12,707 nt of DNA from Myxococcota bacterium. Lineage in GTDB: Bacteria; Myxococcota; SpSt-1050. The stretch covers positions 1 through 12,707 of the forward strand of contig JBMFOP010000087.1 of assembly GCA_049969675.1 (NCBI GenBank). The letters are read 5' to 3'. Shown in pieces: positions 1-8,785 of this stretch. The position numbers and the translations under genes are program-made. Position 1 is the first letter of the stretch. Each line of letters starts with the position of its first letter. The notes under the pieces were generated by a model. It was not told the origin of the DNA and did no database searches. It saw only the letters and a list, made by a program, of their open reading frames with translations.

Positions 1-759
1 GTCGTATGACTTTGAACCATCCAGTTCTACCTCACTCTTTACCAGAACTATCCTGTCCTCCCCTGCATTCGCAACTGGCCTGGCATTTCCGGAACCTGCT
101 GTTATTTTTACATAATCTGGTTCACTGGAAAGTTTTCCATCGCTTACTACCAATCTAATCTGGTACTCACCTTTCAGGTCGGCAACAAATGTAGGATTTA
201 CAACTGTAGAATCGCTCAGTTTAGCAATACTTCCATCTGGTTTTGAGACGATGTCCCATTGATATGTCAGGGGGTCTTTGTTCAAATCATATGACATTGA
301 ACCATCCAACTGGACAGTTGAACCAATCTTTACCCATCTGTCCATCCCGGCATTTGCAACTGGTGCAACATTTCCAATCTTTACCTTTATAGTTGCATAA
401 GCAGGTATAGAATAGAGGAATCCATCAAAGACCACGAGTTTTATCTTATATTCCCCTTCAACATCCGGGATATAAGATGCCTTAGCCATTCCTTTCCCGT
501 TTATTTCAACCTTGCTGCCAGCAGGGACATATTCTATACCCCAGATATATGTAATACCAGTTCCATCGGGGTCGCTGCTCTTACTCCCATCCAGCAAGAC
601 TGGTTCCCCAATAAGCCCTTCTGATGGGGATTCTATTGTTGCCACAGGTCTCTCATTTTTGGGCTTGATGGTACAACCATAGCCCAATAACATATTTCCG
701 AGCAAAATTGTGAGCAAAATCACTAAATTTGCGGTAAGATAAGACGACTTCTTTGACAT
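1..759 (-). CDS. Secreted/probable lipoprotein with tandem PKD-like (Ig-fold) repeats; 5' part only, runs off the window edge
   Basis: Hand translation from ATG 759 (SD AGGAGGT at 773-767) is open for 253 codons to position 1: MSKKSSYLTANLVILLTILLGNMLLGYGC-TIKPKNERPVATIE...VLLDGSKSSDPDGTGITYIW...GEYKIKLVVFDG...NVAPVANAGMD...VQLDGSMSYDLNKDPLTYQW...GEYQIRLVVSDG...NARPVANAGED...VELDGSKSYD. Basic N-terminus, hydrophobic stretch and Cys29; repeats start at N35, N130 and N225. Absent from the ORF track because no stop lies in the window. Confidence 0.88.
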   Translation of the reverse strand, partial: MSKKSSYLTANLVILLTILLGNMLLGYGCTIKPKNERPVATIESPSEGLIGEPVLLDGSKSSDPDGTGITYIWGIEYVPAGSKVEINGKGMAKASYIPDVEGEYKIKLVVFDGFLYSIPAYATIKVKIGNVAPVANAGMDRWVKIGSTVQLDGSMSYDLNKDPLTYQWDIVSKPDGSIAKLSDSTVVNPTFVADLKGEYQIRLVVSDGKLSSEPDYVKITAGSGNARPVANAGEDRIVLVKSEVELDGSKSYD

Positions 760-789
760 TTCACAAACCTCCTACGGTTGTTTGGTTTC

Positions 790-818
790 CTTGTAATCAA
801 TAAAAATCTTTCTGTCAA
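790..818 (-). promoter_or_regulatory. Putative sigma70-type promoter for the PKD-repeat gene
   Basis: Minus strand TTGACA (818-813), 17-nt spacer, TACAAG (795-790), ~20 nt upstream of the SD. Confidence 0.5.
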
Positions 819-1165
819 GAGAAATTTTTTGGAGGTCTGTTTATATACCAGAATTTTTGATTGTATAAGTAAACTCCAAACCCGATTTGACTTAGGTGGG
901 ACATAAACTATTGAGAAACCTTTTGCATTTTGAGTAAAAACTACTATAAGAGACAGGTGACCATTGTTAGACTTACGGGACAGTCTGGCTCTTTATGCCA
1001 CATACCACCCGGGATTTTGTACTACCTTTGTTGTGCAATATCTACGCAAATATACAGAGCGATTTTGTAAGCATCAGGCAATATTTTGAAAGATCTTGAG
1101 TGCTGAAATTTTTATGTTCTACAAATTATATCTGACATTAAAGAGATGAATTGATACGATATGGA

Positions 1166-1201
1166 TAAAATAAAAGGCTGGCAATCTCACCAGCCTTTAT
1201 T
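1166..1201 (-). terminator. Rho-independent terminator of the hdr-flx-hyd operon
   Basis: Minus strand AAAGGCTGG-TGAGATTG-CCAGCCTTT with U-rich tail TTTTATTTT, ~25 nt after the hydA stop. Confidence 0.85.
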
Positions 1202-1226
1202 CATAGTTTAAAAGTTAAACGGTCCT

Positions 1227-2528
1227 TTATTTAAAATTTACCCTGACCAGATGAACCGAGCAACTGATGCAGGGGTCATAAGCCCTCACCAGCATCTCTA
1301 ACATAAGTTGAACCTCTTCCTGTGGTTTATCCATAATCTCTGGCACCAATTTCTTCATATCATATTCAATATTTGCACAGTTCTGATTGGTTGGAATTAT
1401 ACAATTTGCCTGTACAATATGCCCAGTCCTGTCATAAGTATAATCATGAAACAGGATTCCTCTTGGAACCTCAACTGCCCCAACACCACGGCACTCCTTT
1501 AGTGGCATCGGGTCAACCTTCTCCTCTTTTATACCTTTTGAGAGGAGTTTATCAATCTGTATAATTGCATCTTCTACTGCGTGAATACTCTCTATCACCT
1601 GAGCGATATTGTTCATAAATGGGTTGTAATTGATTGGTTTGAGCCCGAGTTTTTCTGCCGCCGCCTTTGCCTTTGGAAGTAATAATTTTGAGTTCAGGTT
1701 GAATCTGGCAAGGGCACCAACTGCAAGGGATTCCTTCTTGTTTTTCGTCCACTTGGCTGATGAATGAGGCACTACATACTCATTTGTCCAGCTCTTATAA
1801 TTATGTATATCGGTTCTACCAGCAATTGTGGAACCCAGATCTCCATCGTAGAATGCATACTCATCGTCTCTTACCAGTCCAAGGTACTCTGTCTCCCTTG
1901 TAAAGTTTGGGATTTTGGAGGCAAGTGAAGCAAATATATCAACGGTCTTGTCCAGCATTGGCAATGCCTCGCTCTCGAGGGTCTTCTTAAGCCCTTTCAA
2001 TTCAGCTTCAGTCGGAAGTTTCGTAAAACCACCCACTACCTCTCTGATTGGATGGATTGTTCTTCCACCAATCAGGTCACAGAGGTCATTGGCAATCCTT
2101 TTAAGTCTCAATGCCATCTTTGCCACATCAGTGTGAGTTGGTATAATAGCAAATACTGACTTTGCTCCCAGAAAATCTGGTGCGGCAAGGAAATACACGT
2201 GCAGGATATGAGACTGCAATGTCTCTCCATCCAGAAGGAGCTTTCTCAATGTGAGTGTTTGCTCGGTCGGTTTATAACCAAATGCATCTTCTGTTGCACG
2301 GATAGATGCGGTGGTATGGCCTATTGAACAGATTCCACAAATCCTTGAGACTATCTCAGATACATCCTTATAATGAACACCTCTTATAAAACCCTCAAAG
2401 AATCTTGGAGCCTCAATAACCTCCCATTTACATTGCTCTAGTTTACCATCTTTTACATCTACAACTATATTCCCATGGCCTTCAACACGGGTTACATAAT
2501 GGACATTAATATTCATATTTGTACTCAT
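1227..2528 (-). CDS. hydA: Group 3b [NiFe] hydrogenase (sulfhydrogenase-type) large/alpha subunit
   Basis: TRVEGHG N-terminus, L1 motif RICGIC, VEVPRG, L2 motif YDPCISCSVH followed by a 7-aa cleavable extension (LVRVNFK); ATGA overlap with the hydD stop; hydBGDA gene order. Confidence 0.95.
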   Translation of the reverse strand: MSTNMNINVHYVTRVEGHGNIVVDVKDGKLEQCKWEVIEAPRFFEGFIRGVHYKDVSEIVSRICGICSIGHTTASIRATEDAFGYKPTEQTLTLRKLLLDGETLQSHILHVYFLAAPDFLGAKSVFAIIPTHTDVAKMALRLKRIANDLCDLIGGRTIHPIREVVGGFTKLPTEAELKGLKKTLESEALPMLDKTVDIFASLASKIPNFTRETEYLGLVRDDEYAFYDGDLGSTIAGRTDIHNYKSWTNEYVVPHSSAKWTKNKKESLAVGALARFNLNSKLLLPKAKAAAEKLGLKPINYNPFMNNIAQVIESIHAVEDAIIQIDKLLSKGIKEEKVDPMPLKECRGVGAVEVPRGILFHDYTYDRTGHIVQANCIIPTNQNCANIEYDMKKLVPEIMDKPQEEVQLMLEMLVRAYDPCISCSVHLVRVNFK

Positions 2529-3265
2529 TTTTTCACCTCCTCAAAATAGCCAGCAAAAATTCTAAATTTCTGCATAGCGTCCTCAACCGTGAGCCCCGCC
2601 TTTGTAAGAACCTCCTTTTCGGAATTCTTGTTTGGTTCATCCACAAGACCACGGCACCCCTCACAACCACTCCCATTGGAAGGACACCACGCCCCACAAC
2701 CTGCTCTGGTAATAGGTCCGAGGCAGACCTCCCCCTTGTCATACATACAGACATTGCCGGCGAGCTTACACTCCACACAGACTGGATAGTTTGGAAGTTC
2801 TGGTTTCTTACCTATCAGGAGTGCTTTAACCACACTTAAGAACTCCTTACCATTTATTGGACAACCTGGTATCTCAAAGTCAACAGGAATAACTGCCTTA
2901 ACAGGTCTTGTTGCAAAGGTATCAAAGTACTTTGCACTATCTCCATAGACATAGTTCCTGATTTCGTTTAACTCATAGAAATTCTTTCTAAAATTCACAC
3001 CCCCTGTACAGGCACAGGCACCAATTGGAACTACCAATTTTGCATTTTCACGAATCTTCTTGAGCCTCGGGATATCATATTCCCTCGTCACTGATCCCTC
3101 TACAAAGGCTATATCGTAATCATCAGATGCCTCAGTCATCGCCTCCCTAAAGTTGACTATATCTATATGCCCGATAAGGTCAAGAAGTTCATTTTCAAGA
3201 TTGATTACTGCCAACTGGCACCCTTCACAACTTGCAAAATCAAAGAATGCTACTCTCGGTTTCAT
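2525..3265 (-). CDS. hydD: Group 3b [NiFe] hydrogenase small/delta subunit
   Basis: SCEGC, EGSV, GACA, PGCP proximal-cluster motifs plus C-terminal CVEC/CLG/CP..GCEGC Fe-S ligands; no Tat signal (cytoplasmic); SD AGGAGG; ATGA overlap with the hydG stop. Confidence 0.93.
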   Translation of the reverse strand: MKPRVAFFDFASCEGCQLAVINLENELLDLIGHIDIVNFREAMTEASDDYDIAFVEGSVTREYDIPRLKKIRENAKLVVPIGACACTGGVNFRKNFYELNEIRNYVYGDSAKYFDTFATRPVKAVIPVDFEIPGCPINGKEFLSVVKALLIGKKPELPNYPVCVECKLAGNVCMYDKGEVCLGPITRAGCGAWCPSNGSGCEGCRGLVDEPNKNSEKEVLTKAGLTVEDAMQKFRIFAGYFEEVKK

Positions 3266-4107
3266 ATTGCCTCCTGAAGTTTTCTAACTGTTGGTAAATC
3301 AAAAACAGGACCTGACTGACAGACATATACATTATTGATCTGGCAGTGTCCACATTTCCCTACTCCACACTTCATCTTTCTCTCAAGAGACATATAAATA
3401 TTCTCTTCCTTAAAATTCTTGTTTTTGAGCTCTAAGACTACAAATTTGTACATAATCGGCGGTCCACAGATGACAGCGATTGTCTTATTTACATCAAAAT
3501 TGACCTTTGGAATAAGTGTTGTAATGACTCCTACATTACCCTTCCAGTTGGAATCTGTGCATTTATCAACTGTCAGATATGTCTCTACATCTGCCCTGTT
3601 CTGCCATTCTTCAACTTCTCTCTGATAAAGCCATTCCTGATTGTTCTTGCATCCATAGAGTATATAAACCTTTCCAAAATCGCCCCTTTTGGTCTTATCA
3701 AGGGTGTAGTTGATAAGTGATCTCAAAGGTGCAACACCAAGGCCACCACAGATGAAGAGCATATCGTGTCCCTTAAACTTTTCAAATGGAAATCCATTGC
3801 CAAATGGTCCACGAATACCCACATAGGAACCTAATTCCATATTGTGTAAATAATTTGTTACCCTTCCAACAGACCTCACACAGAGTTCAAAGTATCCCTG
3901 CTGGGTTGGACTTGAACTTATTGATATAGGAGCCTCACCAATCCCATAGATTGATAGTTCCACAAACTGGCCCGGACGGTGATTCAGATTTGAATTATCA
4001 TCAAACCTGAATTCAAAGAACATCTCTTTGTCAGTAAATCGTTCCTTTTTTGTCATCTTTGCCAGTTTAGGAAGATAAAGGCTCTTCTCTTTAATATTTG
4101 CTACCAT
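3262..4107 (-). CDS. hydG: Group 3b hydrogenase gamma subunit (FAD/NAD(P)-binding FNR-type with [2Fe-2S]; AsrB/PyrK family)
   Basis: PGQF, GEAPISISS, GIRGPFGNGF, GGLGVAPLRS, CGPPIM, MKCGVGKCGHC..C. Start reassigned to ATG 4107 (AGGAGG-AAGAT-ATG, just after the hydB stop) instead of the ORF-track TTG at 4140. Confidence 0.92.
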   Translation of the reverse strand: MVANIKEKSLYLPKLAKMTKKERFTDKEMFFEFRFDDNSNLNHRPGQFVELSIYGIGEAPISISSSPTQQGYFELCVRSVGRVTNYLHNMELGSYVGIRGPFGNGFPFEKFKGHDMLFICGGLGVAPLRSLINYTLDKTKRGDFGKVYILYGCKNNQEWLYQREVEEWQNRADVETYLTVDKCTDSNWKGNVGVITTLIPKVNFDVNKTIAVICGPPIMYKFVVLELKNKNFKEENIYMSLERKMKCGVGKCGHCQINNVYVCQSGPVFDLPTVRKLQEAI

Positions 4108-4117
4108 ATCTTCCTCC

Positions 4118-5134
4118 TTACTTTGACAATTCATTAACAATCTCTACAGGGTCAATCTTCACCGTGCATGCCCGGACACACCTACCACAGCCCACACAGG
4201 TTGGTGAATTGAACCTATCGTGCAGATAGTTGAGTTTTCTATTGATTCTGTGCCTGATTCTCTGACTTCTATGCTCTCTGAAGTTCTCACCAGAACCTAC
4301 CTTCGCAAAATCCACGAGCATACAGCCATCCCATATCCTCTTTCTCTCACCATCATCCAGATTAAGGGCAACATCATCCTGAACATCAAAACAGAAGCAG
4401 GTTGGACAGACCAGATTGCAGGAACCACAGGCGAGGCATCTCTCCTCTAACTCCTTCCAGTGTTTGTGATCCCAGCTCTTCTGCAAGAGATCCTTAACAG
4501 TCGTAGCATTTACTTTATTAAACTTTCGGACGATCTTCTTCTCTTTCTCAGAGCGAAATGCCTCCGCCTTCTTTGCATCTGACTCCTGTGCTGTCTTTGC
4601 ACCAATCTTTTTCAAAAGCGCCTCACCATTTGCACTCCCTGCCTCTGCAAAATAAGAGTCCTGAACAGGTGTAAGCATAATATCAAAACCATCTTTTACA
4701 AATGTCGCCCCAACGCTCGAGCAGAAACAATAATCATACGGTTGACACTCCAGCCCAACGATCAAGGTCTTCTCACGTTTTGCCAGATAATGCCTGTCGT
4801 AGTTATTATTCTCCTTAAACGCCTGATCCAGATGTTTGATTGCCTTTATATCGCATGGGTGCAAACCGAATAAAACCATTGGAGTAGTATCAAATACCGG
4901 CTCTGCCTTATTTTCACTTCTCTTAAACTTTAATAATGTCTCAACCGGTGGGATAATAAATTTCTTTGGTGGAAGAATGGTGGTGTCATAGTCCAGTCTG
5001 ATATCCTCAAACTTCTCTATCTCAGAAAAATCAAATCTTGTCTCCTTCTTCACCGGAGCCACCACCTTATATGTCTTCATCATCTCTCTTACAAGTCCCG
5101 ACAGATCATCTCTTGATAATAAGTATCCCTGCAT
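4118..5134 (-). CDS. hydB: Group 3b hydrogenase beta subunit (AsrA-like 4Fe-4S protein)
   Basis: GLHPCD, CFC, CLACGSCNLVCPTCFC, WDGC, CVGCGRCVRAC; SD AGGAGG; first gene of the hydBGDA block. Confidence 0.9.
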   Translation of the reverse strand: MQGYLLSRDDLSGLVREMMKTYKVVAPVKKETRFDFSEIEKFEDIRLDYDTTILPPKKFIIPPVETLLKFKRSENKAEPVFDTTPMVLFGLHPCDIKAIKHLDQAFKENNNYDRHYLAKREKTLIVGLECQPYDYCFCSSVGATFVKDGFDIMLTPVQDSYFAEAGSANGEALLKKIGAKTAQESDAKKAEAFRSEKEKKIVRKFNKVNATTVKDLLQKSWDHKHWKELEERCLACGSCNLVCPTCFCFDVQDDVALNLDDGERKRIWDGCMLVDFAKVGSGENFREHRSQRIRHRINRKLNYLHDRFNSPTCVGCGRCVRACTVKIDPVEIVNELSK

Positions 5135-5144
5135 ATTGCCTCCT

Positions 5145-5537
5145 TTATTTTTTCAATAACTTTTCAACTTTTGCGAGCAGGTCCTTCGGCTGAATCGGCT
5201 TCTCACAGAACTCCTCAGCAGCAATAAATTCACCATCCTTATCCTTTGAAAATTTGTAGCCAGTGTGCTGCGAGACAGAGGTAAGCATCAGGATAGGAAT
5301 ATCCTTTAGTTTTGGGTTGTTTTTGAGTTTGTAACTGACCTGAAAGCCCTCTGTCACTGTATCCATCATCACATCCAGAATAATCAAATCAGGCCTCTGA
5401 GTCTCCACCTTGGTCAACCCCTCCGTCCCATTGCTCGCCGAGAGCACTGTGTAGCCGTTCTGTTCAAGAACCGTCCTGATGATCTCTACCAGATCGGCAT
5501 CATCATCAATGATCAAAATTGTCTTTTTGTCATTCAT
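5145..5537 (-). CDS. Single-domain response regulator (CheY-like receiver)
   Basis: IIDDD acidic pocket, phosphoacceptor Asp55 (LIILDVMM), MLTS and EKP motifs; no output domain; SD AAAGGAG. Confidence 0.93.
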   Translation of the reverse strand: MNDKKTILIIDDDADLVEIIRTVLEQNGYTVLSASNGTEGLTKVETQRPDLIILDVMMDTVTEGFQVSYKLKNNPKLKDIPILMLTSVSQHTGYKFSKDKDGEFIAAEEFCEKPIQPKDLLAKVEKLLKK

Positions 5538-5595
5538 AGTTCATCTCTCCTTTAAAAATAGTTAATATCCCTGCAAAGACCTATAAACATAAATT

Positions 5596-6429
5596 TTAAT
5601 ACTCCTGTGGCAATACCTTTAATTGTGAATATGTAAAGACCGGCCCATCCTTACAAACATAAATATTTCCAATATTGCATCTGCCACATTTTCCGAGTCC
5701 ACACTTCATCCTGTTTTCAAGAGTTGTGATGATATTCTCCTCATTAAATCCGAGTTTTAGCATTACGGGGAGTGTGAACTTTATCATTATTGGAGGACCA
5801 CATATAATTGAAACGGCATTGCCACTCTTTGGCGCTACCTTCTCAACTATTGTAGGGACAAAGCCAATTTCACCCTTCCAGTCAGATGTCTCACCACCCG
5901 GATCCACTGTTACAACTGTCTTTATATCAGTCATACCCTGCCATTCCTTTAACTCTTTCTTATAGACGAGGTCCTGAACAGACCTTGCACCATATATAAT
6001 TGTGATGTCGCCAAATTCATTTCTTCTGTCCAGCACATTCAGAATCACAGACCTGACCGGCGCAAGTCCTATGCCACCTGCTATAAATACAATATTCTTC
6101 CCCTTCATCTCATCTACGGGAAACCAGTTGCCATAAGGACCTCTAAAACCTATAGTATCTCCAACATTTAGCCTTCTTAAGGCATTTGTAACCTTCCCTA
6201 CCTGCTTGAAAGAACACTCAATAAACTCCATTCTGGTAGGTGGTGAGGCAATACAGAATGTACATTCTCCCTCTCCAAAGACCGAATACTCTGCAAACTG
6301 CCCGGCCTTAAATGAGAATCTCTTCTTATCCTCCTCGCTCTTAAATTGGAGCCTCAATGTCCTCGTATCTACAGTCTCATCAATAATCTCTTTAATTTCC
6401 ATCAGATAAGGTTTGTAAATATTGTTCAT
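5596..6429 (-). CDS. flxA: FlxA-like FAD/NAD-binding [2Fe-2S] flavin oxidoreductase subunit (AsrB/HydG family)
   Basis: AGQF, GFRGPYGN, GGIGLAP, CGPPIM, MKCGLGKCGRC..C; last gene of the hdrCBA-flxDCBA arrangement. Confidence 0.85.
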   Translation of the reverse strand: MNNIYKPYLMEIKEIIDETVDTRTLRLQFKSEEDKKRFSFKAGQFAEYSVFGEGECTFCIASPPTRMEFIECSFKQVGKVTNALRRLNVGDTIGFRGPYGNWFPVDEMKGKNIVFIAGGIGLAPVRSVILNVLDRRNEFGDITIIYGARSVQDLVYKKELKEWQGMTDIKTVVTVDPGGETSDWKGEIGFVPTIVEKVAPKSGNAVSIICGPPIMIKFTLPVMLKLGFNEENIITTLENRMKCGLGKCGRCNIGNIYVCKDGPVFTYSQLKVLPQEY

Positions 6430-6434
6430 ATTTC

Positions 6435-7460
6435 TTACCTCTGTGAGAGATTTCCTATCCTATTTACAATAGCACCAATATCAATCGCCACAGGGCATCC
6501 TCTTGAGCACCTTCCACACCCTGTACACAATATCTCCTGAAATCTATCTATGTAATATTTGAACTTGTGGTTTATTCTCTGTCTGTACCTCTTTGCCTGT
6601 GTATCGCGTGGGTTGTGCCCGGATGCATGCATGGTAAAGATGGAGAATTGACAGGAATCCCAATTCCTCATCCTTCTCCCCTCTGTATAAGAATAATCCT
6701 CATCCACAATATCAAAGCAATGACAGGTAGGACAGACATAGGCACACTTTCCACAACCAAAACAGACATCTCCAACAGGATTGAATAAGTCAGTCTCAAA
6801 ATTTTTATCAAGATAATCTTTGACCTTCTTTGAATCAAACTTCTTCTCCGGACCTTTGATTGAATCAATTACAGCCTTGCTCTTCTGAGAATCTCCCTTC
6901 TTAAAATATTGTGAATAGTTTTTTATCAACTGACTCCCCTTTTCTGTTACCACCAGAGCTGCAAAACCAAAACCATCCACATTTATAAGGAATATATCAG
7001 AGCCTTTACTATCTGTCGGGGACAGCCCTACCGAAGTGCAAAAACAAAAGTTGTCTGAATATGTGCAGGCAAGCCCTATTATTATTGTATTCTCAAATCT
7101 CTTATTGAAAAAATCATCTTTATAATCCCAATTAAAAACCTTGTGCATTATTCTAAAACCTGAGGCATCACAGGGCTTAACTCCAAAAATTACATTTTTT
7201 GCCCGTGGTTCAATGTCCTTAAGTTCTATATTGCTCTTAACCTTTTTATAATATAGCAAAGGGTCGCTTTTGGGGAATACTACAGACTTTGCAGATATGT
7301 CAGTGGGTCTTTTCTCTGGAGAGAGAGAGAGTTGCTCAGCCTTATCTATCTTAACAAATCTTCTATTGTCAGCAGAGGGGGCAAAGATATCATAACTTTC
7401 CTTTATAAGGGCATCGGCCAAACTCTTTAACTCTTCAAAAGAAATAAGATATTCTTCCAT
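6435..7460 (-). CDS. flxB: FlxB-like 4Fe-4S protein (AsrA family)
   Basis: GVKPCD, CFC, CFGCGKCAYVCPTCHC, WDSC, CTGCGRCSRGCP. ATG 7460 has GGAG 6 nt upstream and MEEYLIS aligns with MQGYLLS of the hydB paralogue; alternative start 7472 (TAATG overlap with the flxC stop). Confidence 0.85.
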   Translation of the reverse strand: MEEYLISFEELKSLADALIKESYDIFAPSADNRRFVKIDKAEQLSLSPEKRPTDISAKSVVFPKSDPLLYYKKVKSNIELKDIEPRAKNVIFGVKPCDASGFRIMHKVFNWDYKDDFFNKRFENTIIIGLACTYSDNFCFCTSVGLSPTDSKGSDIFLINVDGFGFAALVVTEKGSQLIKNYSQYFKKGDSQKSKAVIDSIKGPEKKFDSKKVKDYLDKNFETDLFNPVGDVCFGCGKCAYVCPTCHCFDIVDEDYSYTEGRRMRNWDSCQFSIFTMHASGHNPRDTQAKRYRQRINHKFKYYIDRFQEILCTGCGRCSRGCPVAIDIGAIVNRIGNLSQR

Positions 7461-7471
7461 TGATAACTCCA

Positions 7472-8332
7472 TTATTTAATAAAATCTTCCTTATCTTTTA
7501 CATCATAATTTCCAATCAAAGTCGGTGCATCTGTACTCATTCCAGATTCATAGCCAAACTCCTCTTTTGCAACAATTGCCATCTTTCTATTCAAAAGCGA
7601 AAGCGGAATACCTGCGGGACAGACCCTCTCACACTCATTACAGCCAATACATCTGCCCGAGAGGTGAAAGACCCTCACAATGTTCCACGCAAAATTTCCT
7701 CTTCTGGTGGCACTCGTCTCAATCCATCTCGGCATTGATTTATCTGCAATACATCTCTCACAGTAGCAGAGTGGACAGGCCTGACGACAGGCATAACATT
7801 TAATACACCTCTCAAATTGCTCCTCCCAGAATGCAAATCTCTCATCTGCACTCATTGATTCAAGTTTTCTGATAAGTTCACCCTTCTCATCTCTCCCTGT
7901 GAGCGATTCATCCTTCATCTCAATTAATTCGTCATAGAGATGTGGCGTCTTTACATTGCAATTCAAACACTTTTCTGCAAGATGTTTTGCATCCTCTCCC
8001 TCAAACCCTTTTTTAACACCGTTGCACCTTATACCAATTATATAAACATCCTCTCTCTTTATCTGGCTCTCAGCAACCAACTGAACAATTGCCTTTATAT
8101 CACAACCCTTTGCTACAATAGCCACCTTTTTACCCTTATTCTCTCTTCTCGTCAGATATGTGGAGAGATTATTCAGGCAGGATGAATCTACAACGAGACC
8201 TGTCGCTTCTTCAACAGACCTGATTATAATTGGTCTCGTCCTTCCCTCTGTAGATGCCTTTGTATAACCTATTACTATATCTGCCTTTTTATTCTCAAAA
8301 ACACCTTTTATCACTGTTAGTAAATCAGCCAT
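7472..8332 (-). CDS. flxC: FlxC-like 4Fe-4S dicluster protein
   Basis: KGCD, CIKCYACRQACPLCYCERC and HLSGRCIGCNECERVCP motifs; lies between mvhD/flxD and flxB; 8-nt overlap with mvhD. Confidence 0.78.
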   Translation of the reverse strand: MADLLTVIKGVFENKKADIVIGYTKASTEGRTRPIIIRSVEEATGLVVDSSCLNNLSTYLTRRENKGKKVAIVAKGCDIKAIVQLVAESQIKREDVYIIGIRCNGVKKGFEGEDAKHLAEKCLNCNVKTPHLYDELIEMKDESLTGRDEKGELIRKLESMSADERFAFWEEQFERCIKCYACRQACPLCYCERCIADKSMPRWIETSATRRGNFAWNIVRVFHLSGRCIGCNECERVCPAGIPLSLLNRKMAIVAKEEFGYESGMSTDAPTLIGNYDVKDKEDFIK

Positions 8333-8771
8333 TTAGTGTAAACTCCTTATTAAGTTTTTGATAATTGATAAACGGTCCTTTATTTCTAACTGTATCTGTA
8401 ACCTCATTAATGACATCAACCCACTTCTTCCCCTCCGAGGCAGAGACCCACGAGAAGAAGACCCTTGACTCATCTATCCCGATAAATTTTAACAGCTGCC
8501 TGAATAGGATCCATCTCCTTCTGGCGTGATAATTGCCAGCGGTATAGTGACAGTCACCGGGATGACAGCCCGAGACAAGGACCCCGTCGGCACCGGATTC
8601 AAATGCCTTGATTATAAACATAGGGTCTATTCTTCCGGTGCAGGGGAGTCTTATCATTCTAACATTTGATTGATATTTCATTCGGGATGTCCCTGCAAGG
8701 TCTGCCCCTGTATAGGTACACCAGTTACAGACAAATGCCACTATCTTAGGTTCAAATGTTGATTCAGCCAT
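8325..8771 (-). CDS. mvhD: MvhD/FlxD [2Fe-2S] subunit
   Basis: FVCNWCTYTGADLAG, LPCTGRID, GADGVLVSGCHPGDCHY..GN and WVSASEG signature motifs; directly after hdrA. Confidence 0.94.
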   Translation of the reverse strand: MAESTFEPKIVAFVCNWCTYTGADLAGTSRMKYQSNVRMIRLPCTGRIDPMFIIKAFESGADGVLVSGCHPGDCHYTAGNYHARRRWILFRQLLKFIGIDESRVFFSWVSASEGKKWVDVINEVTDTVRNKGPFINYQKLNKEFTLNG

Positions 8772-8785
8772 CTTAAATACCTCAC

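Noticed and set aside
4108..4140. N-terminal extension of hydG from TTG 4140
   Set aside because: Overlaps hydB; ATG 4107 has a perfect SD
3263..5144. Identical AGGAGGCAATATG before hydB and hydD as a regulatory repeat
   Set aside because: Mostly SD plus start codon; only the 5-nt spacer is extra
7319..7331. (GA)6 run inside flxB as a phase-variation tract
   Set aside because: Short, in frame, and explained by Leu-Ser-Leu-Ser codons
5596..7460. Anaerobic sulfite reductase asrAB assignment
   Set aside because: No asrC sirohaem subunit; context after hdrCBA-mvhD-flxC fits flxBA
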